From positions 16,244,001 through 16,308,000 of the forward strand of contig NC_086119.1 of assembly GCF_963921235.1 (NCBI RefSeq): a stretch of DNA of 64,000 nucleotides, read 5' to 3'. The DNA comes from Mobula hypostoma (Eukaryota). This document shows, piece after piece, positions 37,215 to 51,260 of the stretch. The translations under genes and the position numbers were made by a program. Numbering within the stretch: position 1 is the stretch's first letter; every line of letters starts with the position of its first letter. The notes under the pieces were generated by a model. That model made no database searches. It was not told the origin of the DNA and saw only the letters and a list, made by a program, of their open reading frames with translations.

Positions 37215-37622
37215 AAATCTCATTACACCATCTCGGCCCAAAACATCGACTGTACCTCTTCCTAGAGATGCTGCCTGGCCTGCTGCATTCACCAGCAACT
37301 TTTATGTGTGTTACACCATGTTTGTTTGTATGTTTATTTATTTATTTATTCATTGCGATAAGGCATGGAATACTCTCTTCCGGCCCTTCAAATCTCATTA
37401 CACCGTGCTTGTTTATTTGTTTGTTCATTGAGATACAGCATGGAATACTCTCTTCCGGCCCTTCAAATCTCATTACACCGTGCTTGTTTGTTTGTTTGTT
37501 CATTGAGATACAGCATGGAATACTCTCTTCCGGCCCTTCAAATCTCATTACACCGTGTTTGTTTGTTTGTTTGTTTATTTATTCATTGAGATACGGCATG
37601 GAATAGGCTCTTCCGGCCCTTC
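37215..37622 (+). repeat. 75-bp minisatellite (4 units) built from a SINE-tail/flank junction; unit 1 holds a Penelope fragment
   Basis: Units aaatctcattacacc-(tttg)n-cattgagatacagcatggaatactctcttccggcccttc start at 37215, 37390, 37465 and 37540. The pLTR fragment ~37231-37311 is flanked by ttacaccat. Confidence 0.88.
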
Positions 37623-40142
37623 GAGCTGCACTGCCTAGCAACCCACCAATTTAACCCTAGCCTAATCACGGGTCAATTTACAATGACTAATCAACCAACC
37701 AACCGCTACGTCTTTGGACTGTGGGAGGAAACCAGAGCACCCAGAGGAAGCCCACGTGGTCACAGGGAGAACGTACAAACTCCTGCCAGTGCTGGAAATT
37801 TAAATCAGGTCATCTTTACTGTAAAGCATTGTGCTAACCACTACTCTACTATGCCACTCTTTACCAAGTTGGCAGACTTGCATTCACTCTGAGATAAACG
37901 TTGCCTTGATGATAAATTTGAAACCTTTGTCTTCAAATGCATCCCTGATCTCACTCCTGTCTGTAAATACCAACAACCCTTTAACTTCCTTCACTAACAG
38001 CAGCCATGCCCTCAGCTGCCAAGGCCCTAAGCTCTTGAGTTAATTGTCTCCGCCTCTGCCTTTTTTTTCCTGACTATAAGTTGGTACCATCTTATCATTT
38101 GCCCAATATAACATGATAATCAGTTTTGGTTCAGTATTACTCCGGTGGTGACCGGAAACATTCAACCTTTTGAATGCCAAAGGCTGGCTGGCTGGCTATC
38201 TTTCTAAATTGGCAGGAGCCTTTTTTACGTCTGTGGTAATATTGAGGGAAAATAAGTACAAGGGCATCATTTTCATGAAGACGTGAGTGGTTGGCACAGG
38301 GGCCCTTTAACACCAAGCCCCCCCCCCCACCCATCCTCTTGTGCACGAGCTGCTATGGAGGCCGAGTCATTGGGTACATTTAAAGTGAAGGGTTGATAGT
38401 CCTTTGATTAGTAAGGGTGTCAAAGATCACAGGGAGAAGGCAGGAAAATGGGTTTGAGAGGGATAATGAGTGGGCAATGATCAAATGGTGGTGCAGAGTC
38501 AATGGGCCGAATGGCCTAATTATGTTCCTTGGTCCATGGTGACCTCCCTGTCCCAGGCACTGGCCTCATCTTTCCAACACAAGCTTGAATCACACACCTC
38601 GCCCTGGTTCCAGCAGCAAACTGCTAACCCACTTCAGTCATTTGTCTGCCCATCCAATGGCCCATAGCTCCATCTGACATTCGCCCACATTCTCACCCTG
38701 CTGGTGGAAGATCCAGACCACAGCTGTAATGGGTCAGGATCTAAACTACAAACTAGGATATTCTCTTCCAGTCAAAAATTTACAGACTTTGTCACATCTT
38801 TAATCACTTGTTGCAACTGTGAACAAAGTCATCAGTGAGACACAGAAGATAGTGGATATAGAAGTGTTTATTCACCAAAAACGAGCAACAGCCACCATAA
38901 TCGAGACACTCTTTGAAGAGGTGTGCCTGACCCAATATTACATGACATTTTTATATGCTAAAGATCAAAGGTAACAGCAGGACAAATCTATAGTTACAAT
39001 GTATTTACCATGCGTCCTTTGAATTACATATAATTAGCAAACACCACCTTCTTCACACTAATGCTTCAGACAACCAAAATGAACGTTAATCAGCATTCTC
39101 CCCCTCTCCCCCCCCCTTTCCCCCACTCTCCCCCCTTCTCCGGCCGGATTCATGCATATGCCAACCTCAAGTGAATGTGTGTTTCCAGGTTTGCAATCAA
39201 CCCCAATCTGCAGCTCCAGGAAAACTATTGTTCAGAGCTGCATTTTAAATTCAATCTACAATCCACATCCAAATTTGAAAATTAGTTGCTGTTGAAATTT
39301 GCTATATCCACCAACTCTAGAATATGCCCTAAACACATGAGAGAAAAATTTCTGATTAGTTGTGTCAAATTTCCAAAAATATAAAACATAGAAATCTACA
39401 GCACATTACAGGCCCTTTGGCCCACAATTTTGTACTGACCATGTAACCAACTCTAGAAACTGCTCAGGATTTCCCTAGCACATAACCCTCTATTTTTCTA
39501 AGCTCCATGTACCTATCTAAGAGGTTCTTAAGAGATCCTATTGTATCCAAATTTCATAATCAAATATTATATTATAGAAACCATTAGAGTACCAAACAGG
39601 AATTACAACTATCTTTGAAACAGGAAGCTACAGACACCGGTAACAAAACCAGAACCTTGGCTAAGAGCAGACAAAATGACACTTCATAAGTGTTGTCAAA
39701 GAAAAGAGAGGGGCAAATATGTGAGAAATACATACAGTATTTCAAAGAAAATACCAACAAAGTACCTGCAGCAACTTTGGAATGATCATTTGGATGACGT
39801 AACGAATTGCCTCAGGCAACTGTTAGAAAGAATTACCAACAAAATTAAAAAGGCAAAGAAAAGGCAGTTCCAATGAAGAGGCTTGGCCCGAAATGTCAGC
39901 TGTTCATTCCTCTCCATAGATGCAGCCTAACCAGCTGAGTTCCTCCAGCATTTTGTGTTTGTTGCTTTGGATTTCCAGCATCTGCAGATCTCTTGTGTTT
40001 AAAGAAAAAGCAAGTGTGGGCGTAAATAGGGAATGGTTGGCTTAACAAAAGGCAAGGAAATTGGAGATAGAAAATATGGAAAAGTTTGGTAATAGAAAAA
40101 TAAACCAGCTAAGAAAAATGGATAATCCAGCACAAAAATCAT

Positions 40143-41126
40143 TCTCCGTAACTTCCGCCACCTCCAACGGGATCCCATCACTAAGCACATCTTTCCCTCC
40201 CCCCCCACCCTGCTTTCCACAGGGATCGCTCCCTACGCAACTCCCTTGTCCATTCGTCCCCCCCATCCCTCCCCACTGATCTCCCTCCTGGCACTTATCC
40301 TTGTAAGCAGAACAAGTGCTACACATGCCCTTACACTTCCTCCCTTACCACCATTCAGGGCCCCAGACAGTCCTTCCAGGTGAGGCGACACTTCACCTGT
40401 GAGTCGGCTGGGGTGATATACTGTGTCCGGTGCTCCCGATGTGGCCTTCTATATATTGGCGAGACCCGACGCTGACTGGGAGACCGCTTTGCTGAACATC
40501 TACGCTCTGTCCGCCAGAGAAAGCAGGATCTCCCAGTGGCCACACATTTTAATTCCACATCCCATTCCCATTCTGACATGTCTATCCACGGCCTCCTCTA
40601 CTGTAAAGATGAAGCCACACTCAGGTTGGAGGAACAACACCTTATATTCCGTCTGGGTAGCCTCCAACCTGATGGCATGAACATCGACTTCCCTAACTTC
40701 CACTAATGCCCCACCTCCCCCTCGTACCCCATCTGTTATTTATTTTTATACACATTCTTTCTCTCACTCTCCTCCTTCTCCCTCTGTCCCTCTGACTATA
40801 CCCCTTGCCCAACCTCTTTCTCCCCCCCCCCACCGTCTTTCTCCCCGGACCCCCTGTCTTATGATCCTCTTGTATCCCTTTTGCCAATCACCTGTCCAGC
40901 TCTTGGCTCCATCCCTCCCCCTCCTGTCTTCTCCTATCATTTTGGATCTCCCCCTCCCACTTTCAAATCTCTTACTAACTCTTCCTTCAGTTAGTCCTGA
41001 CGAAGGGTCTTGGCCTGAAACGTCGACTGTACCTCTTCCGAGAGATGCTGCCTGGCCTGCTGCATTCACCAGCAACTTTGATGTGTGTTGCTTGAATTTC
41101 CAGCATCTGCAGAATTCCTGTTGTTT
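40143..41126 (+). mobile_element. 5'-truncated Penelope element (GIY-YIG and pLTR) with 11-bp TSD
   Basis: Reads VIYCVRCSRCGLLYIGETRR..LGDRFAEHLRSV (with a frameshift). TSD acaaaaatcat at 40132-40142 and 41127-41137. Confidence 0.9.
40992..41029 (+). ncRNA. Minimal type I hammerhead ribozyme in Penelope pLTR (intact core)
   Basis: uAGUC-CUGACGA-A-GGGU cuug GCCU-GAAAC-GUC-GACUg. This gives stem I, the full conserved core, an extra A after A9, stem II, a palindromic ACGU stem III and a GUC cleavage triplet. Confidence 0.72.
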
Positions 41127-41544
41127 ACAAAAATCATGGGATAGGTTGTCAAAGAGGACCCAGCTTACATCACATCATCAAATCAATGTCAATAAGGAGC
41201 CACTTTGTCTTGGATGCCAACTGGTTGCTTCCAGTTTTGGCCTATGATTTAGATTTTGCTGCCTATTTCTCTGACATGTATGACTTTTAATGTACTTCCT
41301 CTTAGTGACTGACAAATAGAAACAGCCACCAATATGGCTTTCAATGCAGCTAGTACTTCTGTAGAATGGCATAGTGCAGAAAGAACCTATTGAGTCCACC
41401 CCATCTTTTGAAAAAAAAATTTGATTAACTCTTGTCCTGTTATTGTTTTACTCGTGTTCCTGAAAAAATTGTCTTTTTTACTATCAAATATTTATCCAAT
41501 CCCATCTGAATATCACTGTTGATTCTTTCTAACATTTCAGTAAG

Positions 41545-42618
41545 GGTTCAAAGGTTCATTTATTGTCAAAGTATACAACTCTGAAATTCTTCTTCTCCGG
41601 GTAGCCAAGAAAGAAAAGAAAGGCAGCACGATCATCAACCCCCAAAATAGCCCCCTCCCACACAAAAAAGCAAACAAAAATGAAACAGGCACATCAACAC
41701 CTCCCAAATTTCCCCACTTCCTGCACAAAAAAAATGAACAAAAACGGAACAGGAACATCAACCCCCAAATCCCCATCCCCACACAAAAAAAAAACAAAAA
41801 TGGAACAGACGCATCAAACCCAATTCCCCACCACCAACCTCCCCTGCACAAAAAAAGAGAAAGATCGGGCAAAAAAAAAAACAAAATACAAAAAACTATA
41901 GGACCCCCCGAAAAAAAGTCTACAGTCCAAGGTCCAAGTCCACATCTAAAACACAGAAAACCTGGGCAACATTCTCTGGGCACAACAACAGGCTCTCCTC
42001 TCTCTGCTAGCGTAGCAGAGTGATCCTCAGTGATCAAAAGGCAGGCAGCCTTCACTCACCTTCTAATGTTTCAATCTCCCACATTGCTTTAATCTGCACA
42101 CAATGGAAGCTTTAATTGGCGAAATGGAGTGTCAAACATCGGCTCACGCTCCATCCCACAGCCTGCCCACCATGAGGTTCAGGCACGCTGCCTCTGTCTC
42201 CCAGAGTCCTCTCGGAGACTGCAGAGCGCTGAAGCACCCAAATAATCTCCAAACTTCCTCATTCGCCTCGATGTTTCAATCTCCCTCGTCGGTTTAATCG
42301 GTGACCTATGGAAGCTTTAATCAGTGAAATGGTTGATTACTTTGTTGAACATTGGCTGTGCCCTGCAGCCATCCTGTGGCCTGCCCACCTTGAAGTTGGT
42401 GCACACTGCCCCTGCCTCCCAGAATTCTCTCGGAGACTGCAGAGCGCTGAAACACCCGAACAATCTCCAAACAGCAAATCAGAGGCTCCAACAGTTCCAG
42501 AATCACATCCAAGATGAAAAACAAATGTAAGAGACATAAAGGAAGTGAAATATATGGTTTCATGATCTATCCAGAAGATGTCAACTGAAGGAGCATTGTA
42601 CACAGGCACCATCTTGAG
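41545..42618 (-). mobile_element. Non-autonomous LINE-like element with internal tandem duplications
   Basis: The minus strand starts tcaagatggtgc and ends aataaatgaacctttgaaccc. It contains ~55-60-bp repeats (41625-41830) and a ~210-bp duplication (42060-42480). Confidence 0.5.
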
Positions 42619-45141
42619 TAGAAATCCTCAGCACACATTGTACTTAAAAAGCATTTCTTGTGTTATCCCTGATTCACTTGCAAATCATATTCCATCTGTG
42701 ATATCTGACTTTCCTTTCTACAGCTGCACATTCCATCTAGACCTTTCGCAAGTTCAAGCAGCTCTGGTAAATCCCCTTTCCCTGTTCAAAAGCAGGGGTC
42801 CCCAGCCCCTCAGTTAATGGTAGGGATAATAAGAAAACAGCTGGGAATCCTGGTTCAGAGGAAATAAGCTGAGTTTCTCCAGTCTACTATCTTCCCACAG
42901 CTTTCACATTCCCCCGACCCATGGCATCATTTTGCAGCTATTCGGCATAATGTTGACCACAACAGAGCTCAGCCAACTTTGATGATGTTGGACAACCAGT
43001 AAGATACTGAGGGGTTTTGATAGGGTGGGTGTGGAAAAGACTTTTCATCTTCTGTGAGATTCTAGAACTGGAGAGTGGGAGTGGTCAAACTCACCTTTGT
43101 TTAGGATAGAAAGTGTGATTTTTTTTCCTCTCTTGGAGGGCCATGAGTCTAATTCAAAGGATTTTGGAAGCAAAGCCTTTGAGTCTTTTTATGGCAGGGG
43201 TAGACAGGAACACAGAGTTCCGGTTATCAGGTATGCTAATCTTCTTGAATAGCATAGTATACCTGTAGGACTGAAGAGTCTACACTTACTTCTAATTTGT
43301 ACGTTCATTTCTACATATTTGACACATTTCATGTCACATTCTAGTAAGGCTAATCTATTTTGCTGAAACTACTTAAACTTTGTCAAGCAAATAAAATTTT
43401 AAAACAAAGTCTTGACAGTCCAGGTATATTATTATAGTGATAACTTACTTGCCCCAGGCTCTGTACAGGGTTCTACAGAAGAAGGATAATGACAAGGTAT
43501 GTACATATGAACTTTAATGACTGTTTTAGCAAGATTTTTGCTCATTGTTGTGTGCACTGCAGGGGGCTTTGGGGTTCTTATGTTTTTTCTGCCATTCATT
43601 CTTTGAGGGTTTTCTTCTGTTTGGAGGATGTCTGCGGAGAGTGAGAATTTCAGTTTGTATATTGTGTACATTCTCTGATATTAAATGGAACCATTGACAG
43701 CACCCCCTCCCAATCCCTGAAGAGTTCATCCATTTTAGAGCAAAACTTCCTCGCTCAAATTGTGCTTATAAATAATGATAAGAGTAGCACCACCTTTACA
43801 AGGAGGCAATATTGCAATTCAGCCAGTAGATGGCAGTCTAATATTAGAAACTGTAACGGAACAGCCCTGATTACTTAAATAGTCGTAACTATTCCTGGGT
43901 ATCTGCAGATGGTGCAGATATTTTTAAGATGTATCTGATATCTCAGATAAAAATCTTTAGTGTATGACAGTGCCTGTGTTTAATGCAATCTAAGATTACA
44001 CCCAGCCATCCATAAGAAGAGTATTTACCATCCACAAACATCTTAAGAAATTCAGAAGAGTGTTAGGTAGGAATTAAACCAGGTTGGTTGTTTACTTCTT
44101 CCGTAAGGATGTAGATGCAAAGACTTTGCATGAACTTGAGACATCAAGGAAATAATAGAAGTTAAAATGACATGTACATGCAAGATCAGTCTCATATTGG
44201 TAATTAATATTGCCATATATACTGAGAAACAGTAATAAAACTGTACCATCTACATCAGGAGTCCCCAACCTGGGGTCCGTGGACCTCTTGCTTGATGGTA
44301 TTGGTCCATGAAATAAAATAGGTGTAGATTCTACACAATCTTATCAAACATAAATACGCCGAGGTACTACAAAAAGAAAAGCAGTAACAGAATGCAGAAT
44401 ATGGTGGTGTAGTTACAAAGGAAATGCAGTGCAGGTAGACAAATAAGGTGCCAAGGACCATGACAAGGTAGATAGAAATATCAAGAGTTCATTCTTGTTG
44501 TGCTAGAAATCTATTCAGGAGCCTTATAATAGCAGGATATTTGTCTTTGAGCCTGGTGGCGTGTGTGTTTCAAGCTTTTGTTTGCTGATTTTGGTAATTA
44601 CAATATTGTAAACAGTTGTACAATAGTGTGTGCAAATTCACCCAGCTACTCTGCATGCCCATTTCCTGATTTTATTTATTTTACATTGATATTCAGAGTA
44701 GAACCCAAATCTTAATTTTAAAATGTCAGCAAATAAAATTCACCTACATCAATTTATCCAGATCCAATCTTTAAAAAGTGCAGAGATTATAATAGCCTTA
44801 TCCTTTTGATGTAAGTCTTCACCTTAAATTATGTTAGTGTTTCCTTATTACTATGTACTGAGCTTGTTTCCAGCAATCTACCTGATAAATCAAACTCCTG
44901 AAACACTGCTTTTTTCATTCGATGTCTCAGAAAGGCAACATCCATCATTAAGCATCCCTATCATGCAGGATATGCTTTCTTCTTATTACTGCAATCAGAG
45001 GAGGTACAGGAGACCAAAGACACACAGTCAACACTTTGGAAACAGCTTCTTCCCTTCCACCATCATATTTCTGAACAGGCAATGAACCAACCCATGAAGA
45101 TTACCTTACTATTTTTGCTCTCTTTTTGCAGTACTTTTTAA

Positions 45142-45723
<582 letters not shown>

Positions 45724-48700
45724 AGTACAAAATGTATTGAAGTGTACGCAAAGGAACTAATCCTCCAACTACAGACATTCTATCATAGTTGGAAAGCTAC
45801 ACACATAATGTAAATTGTGTTTAAAATCACCTTGATGTTTGATGGTGTCTGCAAATGTCCGAGAAATATCCTAAATAGAATCAACCAAAATTGAAGTTGG
45901 TGGGGTAGCATCTTGTTTTGCATTTCATTTTCAGGTTTAGAAACTGGTATGCACTTTAAGATTGAAACAATCAAGATAGGATTAGAGTATTACAGTGCTT
46001 AAGATTTTTTTAAAATTAAGGAAAATGACTCAATCTGAGTTTCTATTTTTGGAAAAAATAAGATCCCTGCTTCTAAAGGGGCCTTCCTAGTTTCATTAAT
46101 TATTATGAGCACAAATGGTAAAATAGTTGGTGCTTTAACCAGTGCAGTCTAATGGCTTTCTTCTCCCTCCTGTAAATTCAGACCAAATCAAACTTGAGCT
46201 GTTTGAACAGATGTCTGTAATTGATAACCCAGGACACCAAACACTTTCTCGTGCCTTAGTCTTGTTCTTTAGTGAGAGATGTTATGAAATGGTGATAATC
46301 TGATTTTAAGGTGGAGTAAAGCCCCCATCTTCTCATGTTCATCCAGTAAAGTTAAGGATCCTTTCACCGGCAGGCACAGTATCAACTAATTTGAACGTGT
46401 GGGTCGTAAGATCATCAATCAAAGACTTCTGCATCCCACGTCTATGCTCTTGCAGGAGCCCCAAGGTTTAGTGACTTATAAGAGACTAGACCAGTTCTGC
46501 AGTTTCTCTCAAATAAGGTGATCAAACGGATGATTAAGTAATTACTCCATTCAGGTGAGAAACCATGTAATAAAACCATTTCTGGCTACTCCGTCACCCC
46601 ACCCCACCCCCAAGCTATGGCCTATGTCTAGCATGATTCTCCTTCTAAATGGCACATCCAGTCCTTTCTAATAATGCAAGTTAACTAAATTTACACCAAA
46701 ACATTTCAACAAACCAACTCAGAGTTGAAGGGTGATGGGTACTAAGATAATGTATAAATTTTAAAAAGTCATTTTAAATTTTATTAAGATAGTAATTTAT
46801 AAACCTCATTTTTTTATTTGCTATTTTTGTGTATTTCAAAATTACAAATCCAAAATCAATGCAAGTGTATTGCATGCACAGAAATACCTCATCCAGGTTA
46901 TTTTTACAAGTTGCTAACAACTTCTGATATGTACAACTGTTAGCAAAACCCAAGTCCCCAAAGACCAAAATGTGCAAAAAGGCAAAATGTGTGACATACT
47001 CCACAGGCCAAGCTGTGTTCGGAGAATCAGAATGTTTCAGACCAATGATCTTTCCTTGTGGAAGGGAGGGAAGATTCTCATGAAAGACAGTGGATATAAA
47101 AGATCAACTCTTCCTTACTTCACAAGTTCTGACTTGGACTATTTTTTTAAATTCTAAATTAATATTTGTTTGGCTATCAAGCACTTAATTTGTGATAACT
47201 GAACTATGTAACTACAGATCAAGCATTATAGCATTGCCATGGTCTCTAAAGATTACACACAAAGATAAAACAAACATGCTATTAACAAAGGAATTTATAT
47301 TGGCAATGGCCCAATCAGCACCTTCTCAGACAAGGCAGCACACTGTATTTGCTTTCCAACCTCCAATTTAAACATTCATGTCCTCCTGAACCAGCACATC
47401 ATTCTGCAGTGGATTTCCTCAACAAGATGCTCTGTCACAACTCACCAAGGTTCTTTCAAAGGCATCTCACAAGCTCCTGGCCTATATTCTGAAGGTGGCA
47501 TGGTAGCATACTGGTTAGCATGATGATTTACAGTACAGGCAACCTGTGTTCAATTTCCACTGCTGCCTGTAAGGAGTTTGTACATTCTGCCCATGACTGT
47601 GTGGGTTTCCTCCCACAGACAAAGATGTACCAGGTGGTAGGTTAATTGGTCTTTATAAATTGTCCTATGATTAGGCTTGAATAAATAGAGGGATTGCTGG
47701 GTGGGGTGGCTCAAAGGGCAGAAAGGGCTTATTCCACAATAAATAAGTAAAATAAATTCCTGATGGGAAAATGTTCGCAGGCTTGTGGAGCACTGCCACC
47801 ACCCAAGAAATCCCTTCTAATAGACACACCATGCCAATTTGCAAGCATAGTCCCAGTTCCTTCACTGTCACTGGGTCAAAAGCCTGCAGCTACCTACCCA
47901 TCAGCACAGTAAGAATACCTTCTCCACATAGACTGTAATATTGCATTCCAAATCAGCACCAACTCTAGGCAATTAGGGTTGAACAGTAAAGTAATGCCTT
48001 GACAGTAATGACACAATCATGTATGAATTTCTGTATTTAAATGACCTGATTGTACAATCATCTGAAGTTGTTTCCAATCACTCTGCTGTTCCTGGTGAAT
48101 AATAAATCATCAGCTCCTGGAGCTAGTCAGACTGGATCAGCAAGCACCTGTATTCAAATTAGACATCTCAGTGGCTGCTATTTAATACAGCTGTTACAGC
48201 TTTTCCACTTTACCCACTACTGACAAATTGCCTAGGGCTAGTTATGCATTCTCATTAACAGCTAAAGTGATTGTTGGAAACCTAGAATCAGGTTGCCTCA
48301 CCATTTACTCTGTTCATAAAATGAATAGTGTACACTTTATGCATGTACATTTGTGTTAAAACATTGTAGTATCCAATTTAACTTCTTGCTAGAACCAAAA
48401 CTCTGACCAATTTTTTTTTAAATTGAAGAAAGGAAAGATTAGTTTAACTGAGGACACTGGATACGCAAATGCAGGTGTTACTAACCTGGACCACTTGGTT
48501 AATGGTAGGGGTCCATGGCATTAAAGAGGTTGGGAACATCTGTTCTAATGAATGTCTTATAAACCTCAAATACACTATTACCTATAGTTAATCTCTGTTG
48601 GATTAGAAAAATAAACTGGAATTCTAAGGTTCAAGTTGGCCAACTGGAAATCCAGGTGTAATTCTTACGCATCACTGCACTAGTTTTAAATTAGCTTTTT

Positions 48701-50559
48701 TTGGCTTGACTTTCTGTATAAACTAATCACCAAAACAACCTTCCAGTGTAAGTGGGGAGGTAAAGTAATCTTGTAATAAAAATATTCCATATTCAGGTTT
48801 TATAGATGGAGTAACAAAAAGGATTTGAAATCAATACCTTGTCCAGAACCCGTGAGAAGTCTGTGATTTTGAATTGAGCATTGGCTCGTCCAATGCTTCC
48901 CCCCCCCCAAAATCAGTTTCTAGTTACATTGATGCACAGGAGTCAGTTTCTCCAGAAAATTTATTGTTTTTAAATCTATTAGCAACATGGAAACAAAACA
49001 AAAAGCAGCATTAAACTTTAAGCGCCTCCAAAGCCCTGCAAGCTATCTCAGTGGAAACTCGAGCTAAAGTGTCCAGAGCCAGATCTGAACAATAGTTTGC
49101 AAGCTGGGTCAAAATGCATTTGAAATTCACCCCTCATTTCCTTTTGTTCGGCCAACACAAGCAAATTACATTACAAAACACATCACCTTGTAGAAAGTCC
49201 AGTCCCTTAAATTACAGATTTTTGAATGTTCATTTTGTAGGCTTCTTTTAAAAAAAAATCAAAAAGCATATAAGTTCATAAATCACTTTTTATTATAAAA
49301 ATCAGTACTATTCATATATTGATAATTATCACAAATGCCACCCGAAATTAGAATATAGATGCACAACACCCAGAATTAAACCCCGACAATTGAATACCTA
49401 GCAAGGATCATAAAACAAAAAAAATGTAGTTACTGGAAATGCGAAGTAAAAACAGAAAAAGCTGCAAACACCCAGTTCGAAAAGAAACTAAGCTAACGCT
49501 TCAGGCTGAAGGCTTCTCAACCCCAAAACATTGTATTTTTATTTGTTCATTCAAAGGACAAGGGAGGGACTAGGAACGGTAGTAGAACTTGCACTGGAGG
49601 GAGCTGTAAAAGACAGTCACATTCCTGTTCATGAAGTCACAAAGGCAGTAGACTGTGCAAGGATGTTCTTGGGATGTTGACAGTGGGTTCCTGGTTGCCA
49701 GAGATATTTAATTGAAGCTTTTATTTACTGTGATGAGGTTGGAACAATTGTCTTAGGATCATGTTTCTGGAATCAATCAAGTAATGCAAATCACAAAGCC
49801 ACTGTCCTGGGCAGAATTATTGATCAGTGTCAAGAGCACCAACTTGGAGATTGGTTGGTCGCCCACAAAATTGGAAACATTTACTCTGTAGTAAACTATT
49901 CCAGTCGATGAAAACTACCTGCTTCTGCACAGATGGCACAAGTCATTCCTCGAAATTTTGATTGAAGATGACCCTTATATTTTTGAACCCTTCTATTAGT
50001 GTCTTCTAGACTTTAGTTCATAGAAAGAAAAAAATGTTTGCTTCAGCTTCATAATGGCTTGTATATCATTCCTTAGGGACTCGGTGTTAACACTATCCTG
50101 CCGTATGCAGAGCTTCAAGCTGAGAAAATATTGATTGAATAAAGTTATTTTCCACCCAAAAATTATGGCTTTTTTTTTTGCTGCTAAATGTACTTGTGGT
50201 AAATTAATCTGGCTGAGTGGAAGGTTTTGCATGGTGGTGTAACTGTACACCAAGGCACAAAATTAGCAGCCTAGTTTACTACAAGGACTCCTGGGATGAT
50301 GTGCAGAATGAAAATGTTGCACCAGGGCTAGTTCAAGAAGAAGGTGTGAGGGGCCTTGTAAAACCACAGAAAAGAGAATTACATGCAACCAAAATAATAA
50401 ATGTTCCAATCCTCCAACAGTATCCATTTCCTGTTTTTTTTAAATTTTCTTGCTCAGTTCCATTAGTCAGCACGGTTTACTTGTTAGCCCTTTCATCTTA
50501 AATTTAGCTCCACTCAGCTAGAAAAGTTCAACCTGTCAGTTCCAGAATCAGTATCAAAA

Positions 50560-51260
50560 ACAAAGGAGCTGGTTGTGGATACAGGAGGAATGGAGACATT
50601 CTCAACCCTATTGACGTCAAAGGATCTGGGGTTGAGAGGGTGAACAGAGCTTTAAGTTCCTTGGTATACACATCACCAAGGACCTCGCTTGGTCTGTACA
50701 TACTGGCTCCGGTGAAAAAAGCACAACAGCCCCTCTTTCAACACACAGTTGAAGTAGTTCGACATGAGTCCTCAGATCCCAAGGATTTTCTACAGGGGCA
50801 CGATTGAGAGCATTCTGACTGAGCATTCTTGCATCACTGCCTGGTGTGGGAACTGTACCCTGGACTCTGCAGAGAGTGGTGTGGACAGCTCAGCACATCT
50901 GTGGATGTGAACTTCCCACCATTCATGGCATTTATAATGACAGGTGTGTAAAAAGGGCCCGAAGGTTCATTGGGGACCCGAGTCACCCCAACCACAAACT
51001 GCCCCAGCTGCTACCATCTGGGAAACGGTAGCACAGCATAAAAGCCAGGACCAACAGGCTCCGGGACAGCTTCTTCCACCAGGCCATCAGCTGATCAATT
51101 CACACTGATCAATTGTATTTCTTAGCTATATTGACTGTTCTGTTGTATATCTTACTGTACATACAATTTATTACAAATTACTATAATTTGCACATTCCAG
51201 AGACATAACATAAAGATTTTTACTCCTCATGTACATGAATGATGTAAGCAGTAGTCAGTT
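50560..51260 (+). mobile_element. Rex1/Babar-type LINE 3' fragment
   Basis: Reads TLQRVVWTAQHICGCELPTIHGIYNDRCVKRARRFIGDPSHPNHKL..LLPSGKR. Related pieces lie at 58822-59205(+) and 59215-59640(-). Confidence 0.75.

Noticed and set aside
37215-37622. CRISPR-like array
   Set aside because: The units are near-identical with no unique spacers, the context is eukaryotic and there are no cas genes. It is a SINE-derived minisatellite.
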